A stretch of DNA of 64,000 bases, taken from Rhodobacterales bacterium (GTDB taxonomy: Bacteria; Pseudomonadota; Alphaproteobacteria; Rhodobacterales; CAZPXZ01). Made by a program: the position numbers and the translations under genes. The stretch is taken from positions 1,610,052 through 1,674,051 of the forward strand of contig CBDCSI010000002.1 in the NCBI GenBank assembly GCA_965221505.1, read 5' to 3'. The notes below the pieces were generated by a model. The model worked only from the letters and a program-made list of their open reading frames with translations. It had not been told where the DNA came from and made no database searches. This document shows positions 26,310-35,623 of the stretch, one piece after another (within the stretch, counting starts at the first letter, position 1; each line of letters starts with the position of its first letter).

Positions 26310-27191
26310 TCACCCCTCCAGATAGATGCCGAGCTGTCGACGGCGGCGGTGGAACCGTTCGACACGATCGACGATCTTCTCGTCCGATACCGCGATCACG
26401 AAGGAGAGCAGCGTCTCCAGAATCGCGTTCACGGCGAGCGTCGAGGGGAAGAATTGCGGCGTGTCCACCGAGGCTACGAAGCTGTGGTCGGCGCCGCGCG
26501 CGATCGGGCTTGCGGCGCTGTCCGAGATCGCGATCACCCGAACGCCCTGTTCGCGCGCGATCCCGACCGTCTCGACGACCTCCCGGCGCCAGGGCCTGCA
26601 GGTCATGGCGATCAGCGCGTCTCGTGCGTCGGCCCAGGCGAGATCGTCCGCCGGGGTGGAACCCTGCCGCGGAATGGCGCGTACCCCGCGCATGCCGGTG
26701 GAGGCGAGGTAGGCGAAGCCTTGCGCCGGGGGATTCATCGCGCCGACGCCGAGGGCGAACACGCTTCGGCTCGCCCAGATCGTGCGCGCCGCAGCCTCCA
26801 TTTCCGCCGGGCGGACGCCGGCGAACGTCTCCTCGACGTTGCGGAGCGCGGAACCGGCCATGTCGGCGTAGAGGCCGCCCAGCGCGCCGGAGCGCGAGAC
26901 GTCCTGCAACCAGCGCGCCCGGTCTGGAAAGCTCGCCGTGCCCTTGCGGATCGCTTCCCGGAACGGGGCCCGAAAATCCTCGTAGCCCTCGAACCCGACC
27001 TGCTGCGCCATGCGGACCAGCGTGTTGGGCTTGACGTCGGCCGCCCGCGCGATCTCGCGAACCGTCGAGACGCCGACGTCCTGCGGGTTGTCGAGGACGT
27101 AGCGCGCCGCCTTCTGCGTCTCGGGCGTGAGGGCGTCCCATTCGTCGGCCAGGCGGGCGAGCGCGTCCGATGATACGTTTGTGTAATTCAT
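26310..27191 (-). CDS. MurR/RpiR family transcriptional regulator (HTH_6 plus SIS domain).
   Basis: This 293-aa protein has an N-terminal HTH (STVREIARAADVKPNTLVRMAQQVGFEGY) and a C-terminal SIS-like domain. Confidence 0.88.
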   Translation of the reverse strand: MNYTNVSSDALARLADEWDALTPETQKAARYVLDNPQDVGVSTVREIARAADVKPNTLVRMAQQVGFEGYEDFRAPFREAIRKGTASFPDRARWLQDVSRSGALGGLYADMAGSALRNVEETFAGVRPAEMEAAARTIWASRSVFALGVGAMNPPAQGFAYLASTGMRGVRAIPRQGSTPADDLAWADARDALIAMTCRPWRREVVETVGIAREQGVRVIAISDSAASPIARGADHSFVASVDTPQFFPSTLAVNAILETLLSFVIAVSDEKIVDRVERFHRRRRQLGIYLEG

Positions 27192-27277
27192 GAGCGAACA
27201 TGGTATAGATGTGTACTGGTCGTGTCGAGCGGGACGGAGCGTCCCTGCGGCGGGCGGCAGGTCCGGAGCGATCGGCG

Positions 27278-29728
27278 ATGCAGGAACGGACGCTTCCCCG
27301 CCACGCGCGCGCCGTGATCGTCGGCGGCGGAATCATGGGCGTGAGCCTGGCCTGGCATCTCGCGAAAGAGGGATGGGGGTCGGAGGTCGTCCTCCTGGAG
27401 AAGGCCGAGCTGACCTCCGGCTCCACCTGGCACGCGGCCGGGCAGATCACCCACTCCACGTCGAGTTTCGCGCTCGGCAAGTGCGTGGACTACAACGTCG
27501 GCCTCTACGCCGGGAAGCTGGAAGCCGAGACAGGCCAGGCAGTCACCTGGCACGGCTGCGGGTCGCTCCGGCTCGCCTATACCGAAGACGAAACGGACTG
27601 GCTGCGGCACACGCTCGCGGTCGGCCGCTCCCTCGGGTTCCGCATGGAGCTGGTGGAGCCGGCGCGGGTTCGCGAACTCCATCCCTTCTACGGCCTCGAC
27701 GGGGTTCTCTGCGCCCTCCACACGCCCGACGACGGCCATGTCGATCCCTCCGGCGCCACCCTCGCCATGGCGGCCGGCGCGCGTACGCTCGGCGTGCGCA
27801 TCCTTCGCCGTTGCCGAGCGACCCGGATCGAGCCTGCGCCAGGCGGCGAATGGGAGGTACGCACTGCCGAGGGCGACGTCCTGTGCGAGCATGTGGTCAA
27901 TGCCGGCGGAACCTATGCGAGGCAGATGGGCGAGTGGACCTCCCTCCAATTGCCGATGACCTCGATGACGCACCATTACCTGGTGACCGGCCCGGTGGAG
28001 GAGTTTCGGGGGCTGGAGCGGGAGTTGCCGGTCGTTCGCGACGACCGGGCCGTCTCCGGCTACGTCCGCATGGAGCGAGACCGGGGCCTGATCGGGATCT
28101 ACGAGAAGGAGAACCCGAACGCGGTTTGGATCGACGAATGCCCGTGGGAGGCGGAACACGAGCTCTTCGCGCCGGACTACGACCGGATCATGCCGTGGCT
28201 CGAAGCCGCGTTCGAGCGAATGCCGTGCCTCGCGCCGGCCGGTATCGCGCGCACCGTTCACGGAGCGATCAGCCATCCCCCCGACGGCAACCCGCTGATC
28301 GGCCCGGCGCCCGGCGTGCGGAACTACTGGTGCTGCTGCGGAACCCAGATCGGAATCGGGTGGGGGCCGGGGCTGACGCGGGAGTTGGCGCGCTGGATGG
28401 TGCACGGCGCGGCCGATATTTCGATGCGCGAGTTCGATCCGCGACGATTCGGCGCCTACGCGACAAAGGACTGGCAGGCGGAGAAAGCTCGGGAGGACTA
28501 CTGCCTGCGCCACGAGATTCCGTTTCCGCACTTGAACAGGCTGGCCGGGCGCCCGGTAAGGCCCGGGCCGCTCCACGACCGGCTTGCGGCGAGGGGCGCG
28601 GTATTCGAGGAGGTCTGCGGCCACGAGCGCCCGCGCTGGTTCGCGCGGGGCGGCGTCGAGCCCTGGGACCTGTACTCCTTCCGCCGGACGGAGGTGCACG
28701 AGATCGTGGCGGAAGAGTGCCGCGCCGTGCGCGAGCGGGCGGGCATCATGGACGTCACCGCCTTCGCCAAGGTGGAGTTGGTCGGCCCGGGGGCCCGAGC
28801 GCTCCTGGAACGACTCGTCCCCAACCGACTGCCCCGGCGGGACGGGGGGATTGCGCTCGTGCATTTTCTGAACCGGGCGGGAAGGATCGAGCTGGAAGCC
28901 GTGTTGGTACGGCTCGGCGCCGAGCGCTACTACCTGGTTGCGGCCGCGTTCTTCGAGCGGCGACTTCTGGACCATCTTGCGCATCACCGGGAAGGAGAGG
29001 ACGCCGAGATCGTCAACCGGACCGACGACTGGGCCGCGCTCGCGCTGAACGGACCGGCGTCGCGACGCATCCTGGGCGCTTCGACGGGTGCGGATCTCTC
29101 GAACGCGGCATTCCCTTGGCTCAGCGCACAGGAGATTCGCGTCGCGGGCCGTCGGCTCTGGGCGCTTCGCATGTCCTATGCCGGCGAACTCGGCTGGGAG
29201 CTGCACGTACCGCGCGCGGGTGCAGTCGACGTCTACGACGCGCTCGTGGAGGCCGGAGAGACGCACGGCCTTGCCGATTACGGCTCGTTCGCGATGAACT
29301 CGCTTCGCATGGAGAAGGGTTTTCCCGGCGCGAGCGAGCTCACCAACGAGGTCACGCTGCCGGAGGCTGGGGTGATGCGCTTCGCCCGGTCCGAACACGC
29401 CTGGCTCGGGCGGCAGGCGACCCTTGCCGGCCAACCCCGCTGGCGCTGCGCCTATCTGGAGATCCGGCCCGACGGGATGGAGGACGGCCACGGCGGCGAG
29501 GCGGTCCTCCTCGACGGCGATCTGGTGGGTTCGACCTCGTCGGTCGCGTTCGGGCACAGCGTTGGGGCGATTCTGGCATTTGCCTGGCTGAAGCCGGAGG
29601 TCGCGATCGGCGGGACCCGGCTGGACGTGCTGATTGGCGGGGAGCCGCGAGAGGCCCGCGTTCTCCGGGAAGCGGCATACGACCCGGAAAGCCTTCGCCC
29701 CAGAGCCGACGACGGGAAGGAGGCGTGA
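27278..29728 (+). CDS. FAD-dependent oxidoreductase fused to a GcvT aminomethyltransferase domain (dimethylglycine/sarcosine dehydrogenase-like).
   Basis: ORF 27209..29728 was trimmed to the ATG at 27278. It has the N-terminal FAD-binding motif VIVGGGIMGVSLAWHL and C-terminal GcvT-like sequence (MSYAGELGWELHVP). Confidence 0.9.
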   Translation: MQERTLPRHARAVIVGGGIMGVSLAWHLAKEGWGSEVVLLEKAELTSGSTWHAAGQITHSTSSFALGKCVDYNVGLYAGKLEAETGQAVTWHGCGSLRLAYTEDETDWLRHTLAVGRSLGFRMELVEPARVRELHPFYGLDGVLCALHTPDDGHVDPSGATLAMAAGARTLGVRILRRCRATRIEPAPGGEWEVRTAEGDVLCEHVVNAGGTYARQMGEWTSLQLPMTSMTHHYLVTGPVEEFRGLERELPVVRDDRAVSGYVRMERDRGLIGIYEKENPNAVWIDECPWEAEHELFAPDYDRIMPWLEAAFERMPCLAPAGIARTVHGAISHPPDGNPLIGPAPGVRNYWCCCGTQIGIGWGPGLTRELARWMVHGAADISMREFDPRRFGAYATKDWQAEKAREDYCLRHEIPFPHLNRLAGRPVRPGPLHDRLAARGAVFEEVCGHERPRWFARGGVEPWDLYSFRRTEVHEIVAEECRAVRERAGIMDVTAFAKVELVGPGARALLERLVPNRLPRRDGGIALVHFLNRAGRIELEAVLVRLGAERYYLVAAAFFERRLLDHLAHHREGEDAEIVNRTDDWAALALNGPASRRILGASTGADLSNAAFPWLSAQEIRVAGRRLWALRMSYAGELGWELHVPRAGAVDVYDALVEAGETHGLADYGSFAMNSLRMEKGFPGASELTNEVTLPEAGVMRFARSEHAWLGRQATLAGQPRWRCAYLEIRPDGMEDGHGGEAVLLDGDLVGSTSSVAFGHSVGAILAFAWLKPEVAIGGTRLDVLIGGEPREARVLREAAYDPESLRPRADDGKEA

Positions 29729-30119
29729 GGCGTGGAACCGCTGGTCAAAGGGCACCCCTGTGGTAAGAACGGACTGGTTCCAGCGGCAGAATGGGGAGAA
29801 TCAAGGCAACCGCAACTCTCCGTAGATACTTCATGCTGACAAGGGTGGCGTCGGAGACTACCGCTTGGGACTATCGCTGGCGAGTTTCCGGCCGCCGCTT
29901 AAATGCAGGGCTCGAAGCGGTTGTGCCCGCTACAGCGACGCCCGGACGGCCGAGCGTAACCCCGGTCATTAGCCCTGGCCTCGATCACCTGTCGCAAATC
30001 GGTCACACGTGGGACCCTCTTGCCGTCGCCAACAGGATTCATCATCCTGGCGTATTGTGGTGCAGCTCTGTACGAGAAGGCATTAGACGCGCCCCGAAGT
30101 GCAGGGAGCCACGTGACGC

Positions 30120-30353
30120 ATGAATAAAGAGGCGGTAGTATCGATCCGTGCACCGACCGGCTCCCCCGCTGCCATGTACGAGGCGTTGGAGAGACTGGCA
30201 AGGGAGCAGAGAGTATCGTAAGCTTGGATCTTTGGGGACGCCGTCGAACGACATATCGCAGCCAACAAGGGGGTGTCGGAACACAATGCTGGCTCGTCGA
30301 CAGACAACAATGGGTATCCGAAACGGGGGCGATGCGACTGCGCACACGGTTGA
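30120..30353 (+). pseudogene. Possible remnant of a ribbon-helix-helix (CopG/Arc-type) antitoxin-like gene with an in-frame TAA.
   Basis: The translation MNKEAVVSIRAPTGSPAAMYEALERLAREQRVS*AWIFGDAVERHIAANKG follows the RHH strand-helix-helix pattern. It is interrupted by a TAA at 30219-30221. The ORF is too short for the six-frame track. Confidence 0.35.
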
Positions 30354-30487
30354 CCCGTCAGCGGAGCGACTCTCGGCGGCGCAAAGATTGCCCAACGGCG
30401 CGCGGTTTTATCGGTGCGCGCTGCAGGTGAAACAGTCTTCCGTCTGGTGCGGCGGCGCGGATAGCCGATAGTCCACCGGAGTTATTC

Positions 30488-30946
30488 ATGAAGATCGAGG
30501 AGCTGGAGTTGCCGCCAATGCCCGAGATTACGCATAACGTGGCGGCAAGAGGTCAATCTCCACATTGGCAGCGATTCGAGTCTCTGTCCACCAGGCAATA
30601 AGCGACGGCGGCACTCATGTTGTTGCTTCTCGAATCGGACGCGGCGCTGATAATTGACCAACCTGAGGACGACCTCGATAATCGATTCGTGACGGAGCGA
30701 GTAGTTCCGATCATCAGGCGCGAAAAGCGTAGACGGCAATATATTGCCACGACACACAATGCCAATATTCCCGTGCTTGGCGACGCAGAGTTAATTCTCG
30801 GACTGGATACCGCCGGCGAGGGCGGCGAAGCGCGAGCGCGGATAGAGCCGCGGAACATGGTTAGCATAGACGATCGAGCGGTTAGGGAATTGGTCGAAGA
30901 GACGCTTGAAGGCGGAAGAACCGCATTTGAAATGCGTCGACTATAG
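30488..30946 (+). pseudogene. 3' remnant of an ABC/SMC-type (Rad50/SbcC-like, TrlF-like) ATPase gene with an in-frame stop.
   Basis: The translation ..FESLSTRQ*ATAALMLLLLESDAALIIDQPEDDLDNRF..ATTHNANIPVLGDAELI..TLEGGRTAFEMRRL contains a signature-like LSxxQ, a Walker B motif (DQPEDDLD) and an H-loop (TTHN). A TAA at 30599-30601 sits inside the signature region. Only about 150 aa of an expected >500-aa protein remains. Confidence 0.6.
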
Positions 30947-30961
30947 TACGGATTTTAGGTC

Positions 30962-32218
30962 ATGACGATGCGAACTGAACTTCTTGAGGTGATTGCACAC
31001 GGCGAGAACTCCCAGGTCGAGTTCAAGCGAGACAATATACGAGGCTCGCAGTTGGCAAAGGAGCTGGTTGCGTTTTCCAATCATCTGGGGGGTATCGTCC
31101 TGTTGGGAGTTGAAGACGACAGGACGATCGCAGGCCTGGAGAGAGAAGGCGCCGAAGAATGGGTAATGACGACGTGCCGGGACAACATTCGGCCAGGCGT
31201 CATTCCGTCGTTTAAAATAGTTCGCGACGTGGAGCCCGGGAAAGACGTTGGAGTGGTGCGGGTCGAGCGGGCGGTTGACGTTCATTGCATGTGGCATGCG
31301 AATCGTCAGACGTATTTCATTCGTGTCGGTACGCAGAGTCGGGAACCGTCGCAAGAAGAGCTTCGTCGACTGTTCCATCAACGCAACCTGTTGGAGTCCG
31401 ACCGCATCCCGGTTACCGGGGCGAAGACCAGTGATCTCGACTTTCGGCGACTTAGGGACTATTTCGGACGAGTGCGGGAGCAGGAATGTCCAAATGACGA
31501 CGACGAGGCGGGTTGGAAAACCTTTCTCGTCAATTCGGAGATACTGGTGGAAGGTGGGGTTTCGGTTGCCGGCCTGCTTCTATTCGGCAAAATGCCGAAC
31601 AGGCATCTCCCGCAGGCGGAAGTGGCCGCGTTTGCGTTTCCCGGGGTTGAGAGGGACTATTCGGTTCGGGAACGGACGATACTGCGAGGACCGATGACGC
31701 CGCTCATGGACGCGGACGGTAATTTGCTCGAGTCCGGTCTCGTAGAGCAGGTTCAACAGTTCGTACTTCGCAACACGCGTGTTGAGTCGTTTCTCGAGGA
31801 CGGATTGCGTCGCAAGGAGCGGCCTACATATCCGGATAAGGTGATCAGGGAGGCAATCGTAAACGCTCTCATCCACCGTGATTATCTGATGAAGAGTACC
31901 GTCGTCGAGGTGTCGGTATACGCGGATCGGCTCGAGATCATGTCCCCAGGCGAGCTTTGCAGCGGTATGACCCCCTCGCGAATGCGCTTTGGGGCCAGTT
32001 CCGTGAGGAACTGTCTCTTGATGAACTACATGAGCCATTACGGTTATATCGAATATTTGGGGTTAGGTATACCGAGAAGAATCATTCGCGGTATGTTGGA
32101 GCACAACGGGACGGATGTAGACCTGGTGGTTGACGGCAATCGTTTTGTCGTTCGCCTGTTCGCTGAAGGGGAGAAGATCGACGAGAGATCGTCAAGCGCC
32201 CGAGAGGTCGAACCATAG
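30962..32218 (+). CDS. AlbA_2 (Schlafen-like) domain protein with a C-terminal ATPase-like/HTH region (the 'putative DNA-binding / ATP-binding protein' family).
   Basis: This is an intact 418-aa ORF. The N-terminus LLEVIAHGENSQVEFKRD..LAKELVAFSNHLGGIVLLGVEDD is typical of AlbA_2. The later segment REAIVNALIHRDY is typical of the associated ATPase-like domain. Confidence 0.8.
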   Translation: MTMRTELLEVIAHGENSQVEFKRDNIRGSQLAKELVAFSNHLGGIVLLGVEDDRTIAGLEREGAEEWVMTTCRDNIRPGVIPSFKIVRDVEPGKDVGVVRVERAVDVHCMWHANRQTYFIRVGTQSREPSQEELRRLFHQRNLLESDRIPVTGAKTSDLDFRRLRDYFGRVREQECPNDDDEAGWKTFLVNSEILVEGGVSVAGLLLFGKMPNRHLPQAEVAAFAFPGVERDYSVRERTILRGPMTPLMDADGNLLESGLVEQVQQFVLRNTRVESFLEDGLRRKERPTYPDKVIREAIVNALIHRDYLMKSTVVEVSVYADRLEIMSPGELCSGMTPSRMRFGASSVRNCLLMNYMSHYGYIEYLGLGIPRRIIRGMLEHNGTDVDLVVDGNRFVVRLFAEGEKIDERSSSAREVEP

Positions 32219-32704
32219 TGGGAAACCCGGCCGGCTTTCGAGTCGGGGCGGGAGAGGTAGCGTGCATTGTCCGCACACGTGGAAGAGATAGGTCAAGGGG
32301 AAGTGCGCAATGTGCGGGAACCGGAACGGCGAGCGTCGAGAGGAGTCTTGAGTTCGTCCTTTGGCCAAGGGTAGCGCGAAGTCTATTGGGGCAGGCGTTC
32401 GATCGGGCCGCCTTGCGCAGTCGGGTCAAGCGGATCTGGTTAAGCGCGGGAGGCCGGATAGCGTACCGCGTTTCCTTGCGCGGGTTTGTGATTGTGTGCC
32501 GGGGGAATGGACGAGCGTCGGAGTAGGTGGACGTTGTTGTTTGGTTCTATGAAGGCTAGCGCCGGCCGACGCTTGATTGTCTGACGTGCTATGCTCGGCA
32601 GGGCGTTGTGCTCCCGTACCGCCTGTCGGCGCTTGGTTCAATCTGTAGTCGCGAGTTGCGGGCAGCGATGGGCGGGGGAGTTCCCACTGAGAGGAGAACG
32701 CAGG

Positions 32705-33976
32705 ATGCTCGACAGGGAATCGGACTGGGTCCGGCGTGCCGGAGCGGTGCTTCCCGCCGGCACCTTCGGCAATTTCGACGGCGCCTTCCTGATCTCGGAG
32801 GGGCGCGGGAGCCGGGTCTGGGACCAGGAAGGGCGCGAATACGTCGACATGCTGATCGGCTCCGGCCCCATGATGCTCGGACACGGGCACCCGGAGGTGC
32901 TGGAGGCCGTGGCCGAGCAATTGCCCCGCGGAATGACGTTCTTCGCCAGCAACCCCAAGGGCGTGGAACTCGCCGAAGCCATCGTCGAGGCCGTCGCCTG
33001 CGCGGAGCAAGTGCGGTTCGTCTCCTCCGGCAGCGAGGCCGACATGTTCGCCATCCGCCTCGCCCGCGCCTGCACCGGGCGGGAGAAGATCCTCAAATTC
33101 GAGGGCGGCTATCACGGCATGTGCGGCGAGGCGCAGATGAGCCTGGCGCCGGAACAGCCGGAGAACTTCCCCCGGGCGGTGCCGGACAGCGCCGGAATTC
33201 CGGCCAGCGTCGAAGCCGAGGTCCTGATCGCGCCGTTCAACGACGTCGAATCGGTTCGTTCCCTCATGGCGGAATTCGGCCCCGAAATCGCCGCGATTGT
33301 CGTCGAGCCGCTGCAGCGGATCGTCCCGCCGGAGCCGGGCTTCCTGGAGGCGCTGCGCGAAGAGGCCGACAAGCACGGCGCGCTCCTCGTCTTCGACGAG
33401 ATCGTGACCGGCTTCCGGCTCGCATACGGCGGCGCCCAGGAGGTCTACGGCGTCCGCCCCGACGTCTGCACGCTCGGCAAGGTCATCGGCGGCGGGTTTC
33501 CGCTCGCGGCGATCGCGGGTAGCGCCGAGATCATGGCGCATTTCGACAAGGCCTCCGTGTCGCGGGACCGATGGCTCATGCAGGTCGGCACGCTCTCGGG
33601 CAATCCGGTGGCGTCGGTCGCCGGGCTGAAGACCATGGAGATCCTCCGGCGTCCCGGCCAGTACGAACGGCTGGAAGCCGCCGGCGAGCGGCTGATGGAG
33701 ATTGCCCGCGATTCCCTTGTCCGCCGCGGGATTCCGCATCAGGTCGTGGGGCATCCCTCGCTGTTCGAGGTGGTGTTCAGCGAGACTCCGATCCGCAACT
33801 ACCGGGACTTTCACGGGTCGGACCTGGACCGGTGGGCGCGCTACAACCGCGCGCTCGTCGACCGCCGCGTGTTCAAGGCGCCGGGCAAGTTTTACGTCTC
33901 TCTGGCGCTCGACGACGCGGACTTCGCCGTGCTGGAAGAGGCGCTGGAAGGGGCGGCGGACGTCGTCGCCGCGTAA
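32705..33976 (+). CDS. Class-III PLP aminotransferase (glutamate-1-semialdehyde aminomutase-like).
   Basis: ORF 32591..33976 was trimmed to the ATG at 32705, which follows a GAGAGGAGAA ribosome-binding site. It has the motifs GSGPMMLGHGHP, FDEIVTGFR and TLGKVIGGGFP. Confidence 0.9.
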   Translation: MLDRESDWVRRAGAVLPAGTFGNFDGAFLISEGRGSRVWDQEGREYVDMLIGSGPMMLGHGHPEVLEAVAEQLPRGMTFFASNPKGVELAEAIVEAVACAEQVRFVSSGSEADMFAIRLARACTGREKILKFEGGYHGMCGEAQMSLAPEQPENFPRAVPDSAGIPASVEAEVLIAPFNDVESVRSLMAEFGPEIAAIVVEPLQRIVPPEPGFLEALREEADKHGALLVFDEIVTGFRLAYGGAQEVYGVRPDVCTLGKVIGGGFPLAAIAGSAEIMAHFDKASVSRDRWLMQVGTLSGNPVASVAGLKTMEILRRPGQYERLEAAGERLMEIARDSLVRRGIPHQVVGHPSLFEVVFSETPIRNYRDFHGSDLDRWARYNRALVDRRVFKAPGKFYVSLALDDADFAVLEEALEGAADVVAA

Positions 33977-34034
33977 TTCCGCCGCCGCGCCGGACCGTTC
34001 CGCCGTTTCGCTTCGGGGCCGCCCGCGTCGGCGG

Positions 34035-35489
34035 CTACGACCGTCCGCCTTCGGCTTCGAGCTGCCGCGCGGTCTCTACTACCCTCTCCCAGGCCCGTTC
34101 GACGTGCTTCGGACGGGTCGTCCAGGAGCCGACCGCGAGCCGCAGGACGAGCCGGTCGTCGAGCCGCGTGTGGGTGAGGTAGAGAGCGCCGGACGCGTTC
34201 AGACGGTCCATCAGCGCCTGGTTGAGCGCGTCGCCGCCCCGGTGGCGGAAGCAGACGAGACCGACCGACGGCGGCGCCGCGAGCTCGAACGCTTCGCTCG
34301 CTTCCACCTCCGCCGCGAACCGGTCCGCCATCGCGACGCATTGGCGGACATGGGCCCGCAATCCCCGCGCTCCGTAGTGGCGAATCACGAACCAGAGCTT
34401 CAGCGCGCGGAAGCGCCGCCCGAGCGGAACGTGCCAGTCGCGGTAGTCGATGACCTCTCCGGCGTCGCTCGCCCGGTTGCGCAGGTATTCGGGCAAGACG
34501 CCGAGCGCGCCGGTCAGCCGGGCGCGGTCCCTGACCCAGAAGCCGCTGCAATCGAAATTCGTCAGGAGCCACTTGTGCGGATTGAAGGTGTAGCTGTCCG
34601 CAAGCTCGAGACCGTCGATCAGCTGCCGGTGCTCGGGACAGATCGTGGCGCTGCCGGCATGGGCGGCGTCGACGTGCAGCCAGACGTCCTCCCGGCGACA
34701 GATCTCTCCGACGGCGCGCACCGGGTCCACGGCGCCCGAGGAGGTCGTGCCCACCGTCGCGCAGACCATCGCCGGCGTCGCCCCGGCTTCCCGGTCGGCG
34801 GCGATGCGCGCGGCCAGCGCGTCGGCGCGCATGGCGTGCCGGTCGTCCGTAGCGACGAGCCGCAGGTTTTGCCGCCCGATCCCGGCGACCTTCACGCCCT
34901 TCTCGACCGACGAGTGGGCGTGCCGGGAGGCGTAGACCGTCAATCTTCGCGCCGAATCGACCCCCGTCTCGTTCGTCTCGCCCTCGCTCGCGCGTTCGCG
35001 CGCGGCGAGAATTGCGGTGAGCGTGCTGCTGGAGGCGGAGTCCTGGATGACGCCGCCGCCGGCGGCGGTCGAGCGGAACGCCTCCGGCAAGCCGAGCAAC
35101 TCGACCAGCCAGTCGAGCATGTGGGTCTCGAGTTCCGTGCAGGCCGGGCTGGTCGCCCAGAGCATGCCCTGGACGCCGAATCCCGCCGCGAGGAACTCGC
35201 CGAGAACGGACGGCCCGGACGCGTTGGCCGGAAAATACGCGAAGAAGTTCGGCGACTGCCAATGGGTGAGACCGGGAAGGACGACTTCGTCGACGTCCCG
35301 CAGGAGATCGGCGAACGGCTCCCCCTCCTCGGGGGCCGAGGGCGGCAGGCGCCGGCGAACCGATCCCGGCTCCGCGCGCGAGAGAACCGGAAGGGACTCG
35401 ACCTCCTCCATGTATCGCGCGAGGCGCTCGACGACCGCATGTCCGTGGCGTCGGAACTCGTCCGGACTCATGTGATTCGCGTTGTCCAT
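34035..35489 (-). CDS. Group II PLP-dependent decarboxylase (aromatic-L-amino-acid/tyrosine decarboxylase-like).
   Basis: This 484-aa protein has the motifs THWQSPNFFAYFP and HVDAAHAGSA, plus NPHKWLL containing the PLP-binding lysine. Confidence 0.9.
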   Translation of the reverse strand: MDNANHMSPDEFRRHGHAVVERLARYMEEVESLPVLSRAEPGSVRRRLPPSAPEEGEPFADLLRDVDEVVLPGLTHWQSPNFFAYFPANASGPSVLGEFLAAGFGVQGMLWATSPACTELETHMLDWLVELLGLPEAFRSTAAGGGVIQDSASSSTLTAILAARERASEGETNETGVDSARRLTVYASRHAHSSVEKGVKVAGIGRQNLRLVATDDRHAMRADALAARIAADREAGATPAMVCATVGTTSSGAVDPVRAVGEICRREDVWLHVDAAHAGSATICPEHRQLIDGLELADSYTFNPHKWLLTNFDCSGFWVRDRARLTGALGVLPEYLRNRASDAGEVIDYRDWHVPLGRRFRALKLWFVIRHYGARGLRAHVRQCVAMADRFAAEVEASEAFELAAPPSVGLVCFRHRGGDALNQALMDRLNASGALYLTHTRLDDRLVLRLAVGSWTTRPKHVERAWERVVETARQLEAEGGRS

Positions 35490-35623
35490 GTCGTGCTCCC
35501 TCGCCGACCGATCCGGGGTGCGGCGCCGTCAGGCGTCATGACGTAACTGTATCGTACCGCTGCAGAATTCGAAGGCGACCTCAGCGGCGGCCAGCCCGGG
35601 AGCGGGGCCCCGCCCCTGTGCGC

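Noticed and set aside
29739-29789. An apparent hairpin (GGAACCGCTGG ... CTGGTTCCAGCGG) just after the DMGDH-like gene, considered as a possible terminator.
   Set aside because: The two arms are permuted rather than reverse-complementary. Only 7-bp sub-stems pair, with a ~35-nt loop and no U-tract.
29791-30345. ORFs 29791..30123 + and 29899..30345 - in the AT-richer islet.
   Set aside because: They overlap each other on opposite strands, have no recognisable motifs and have unremarkable composition. I treat the region as decayed non-coding DNA apart from the short RHH-like remnant.
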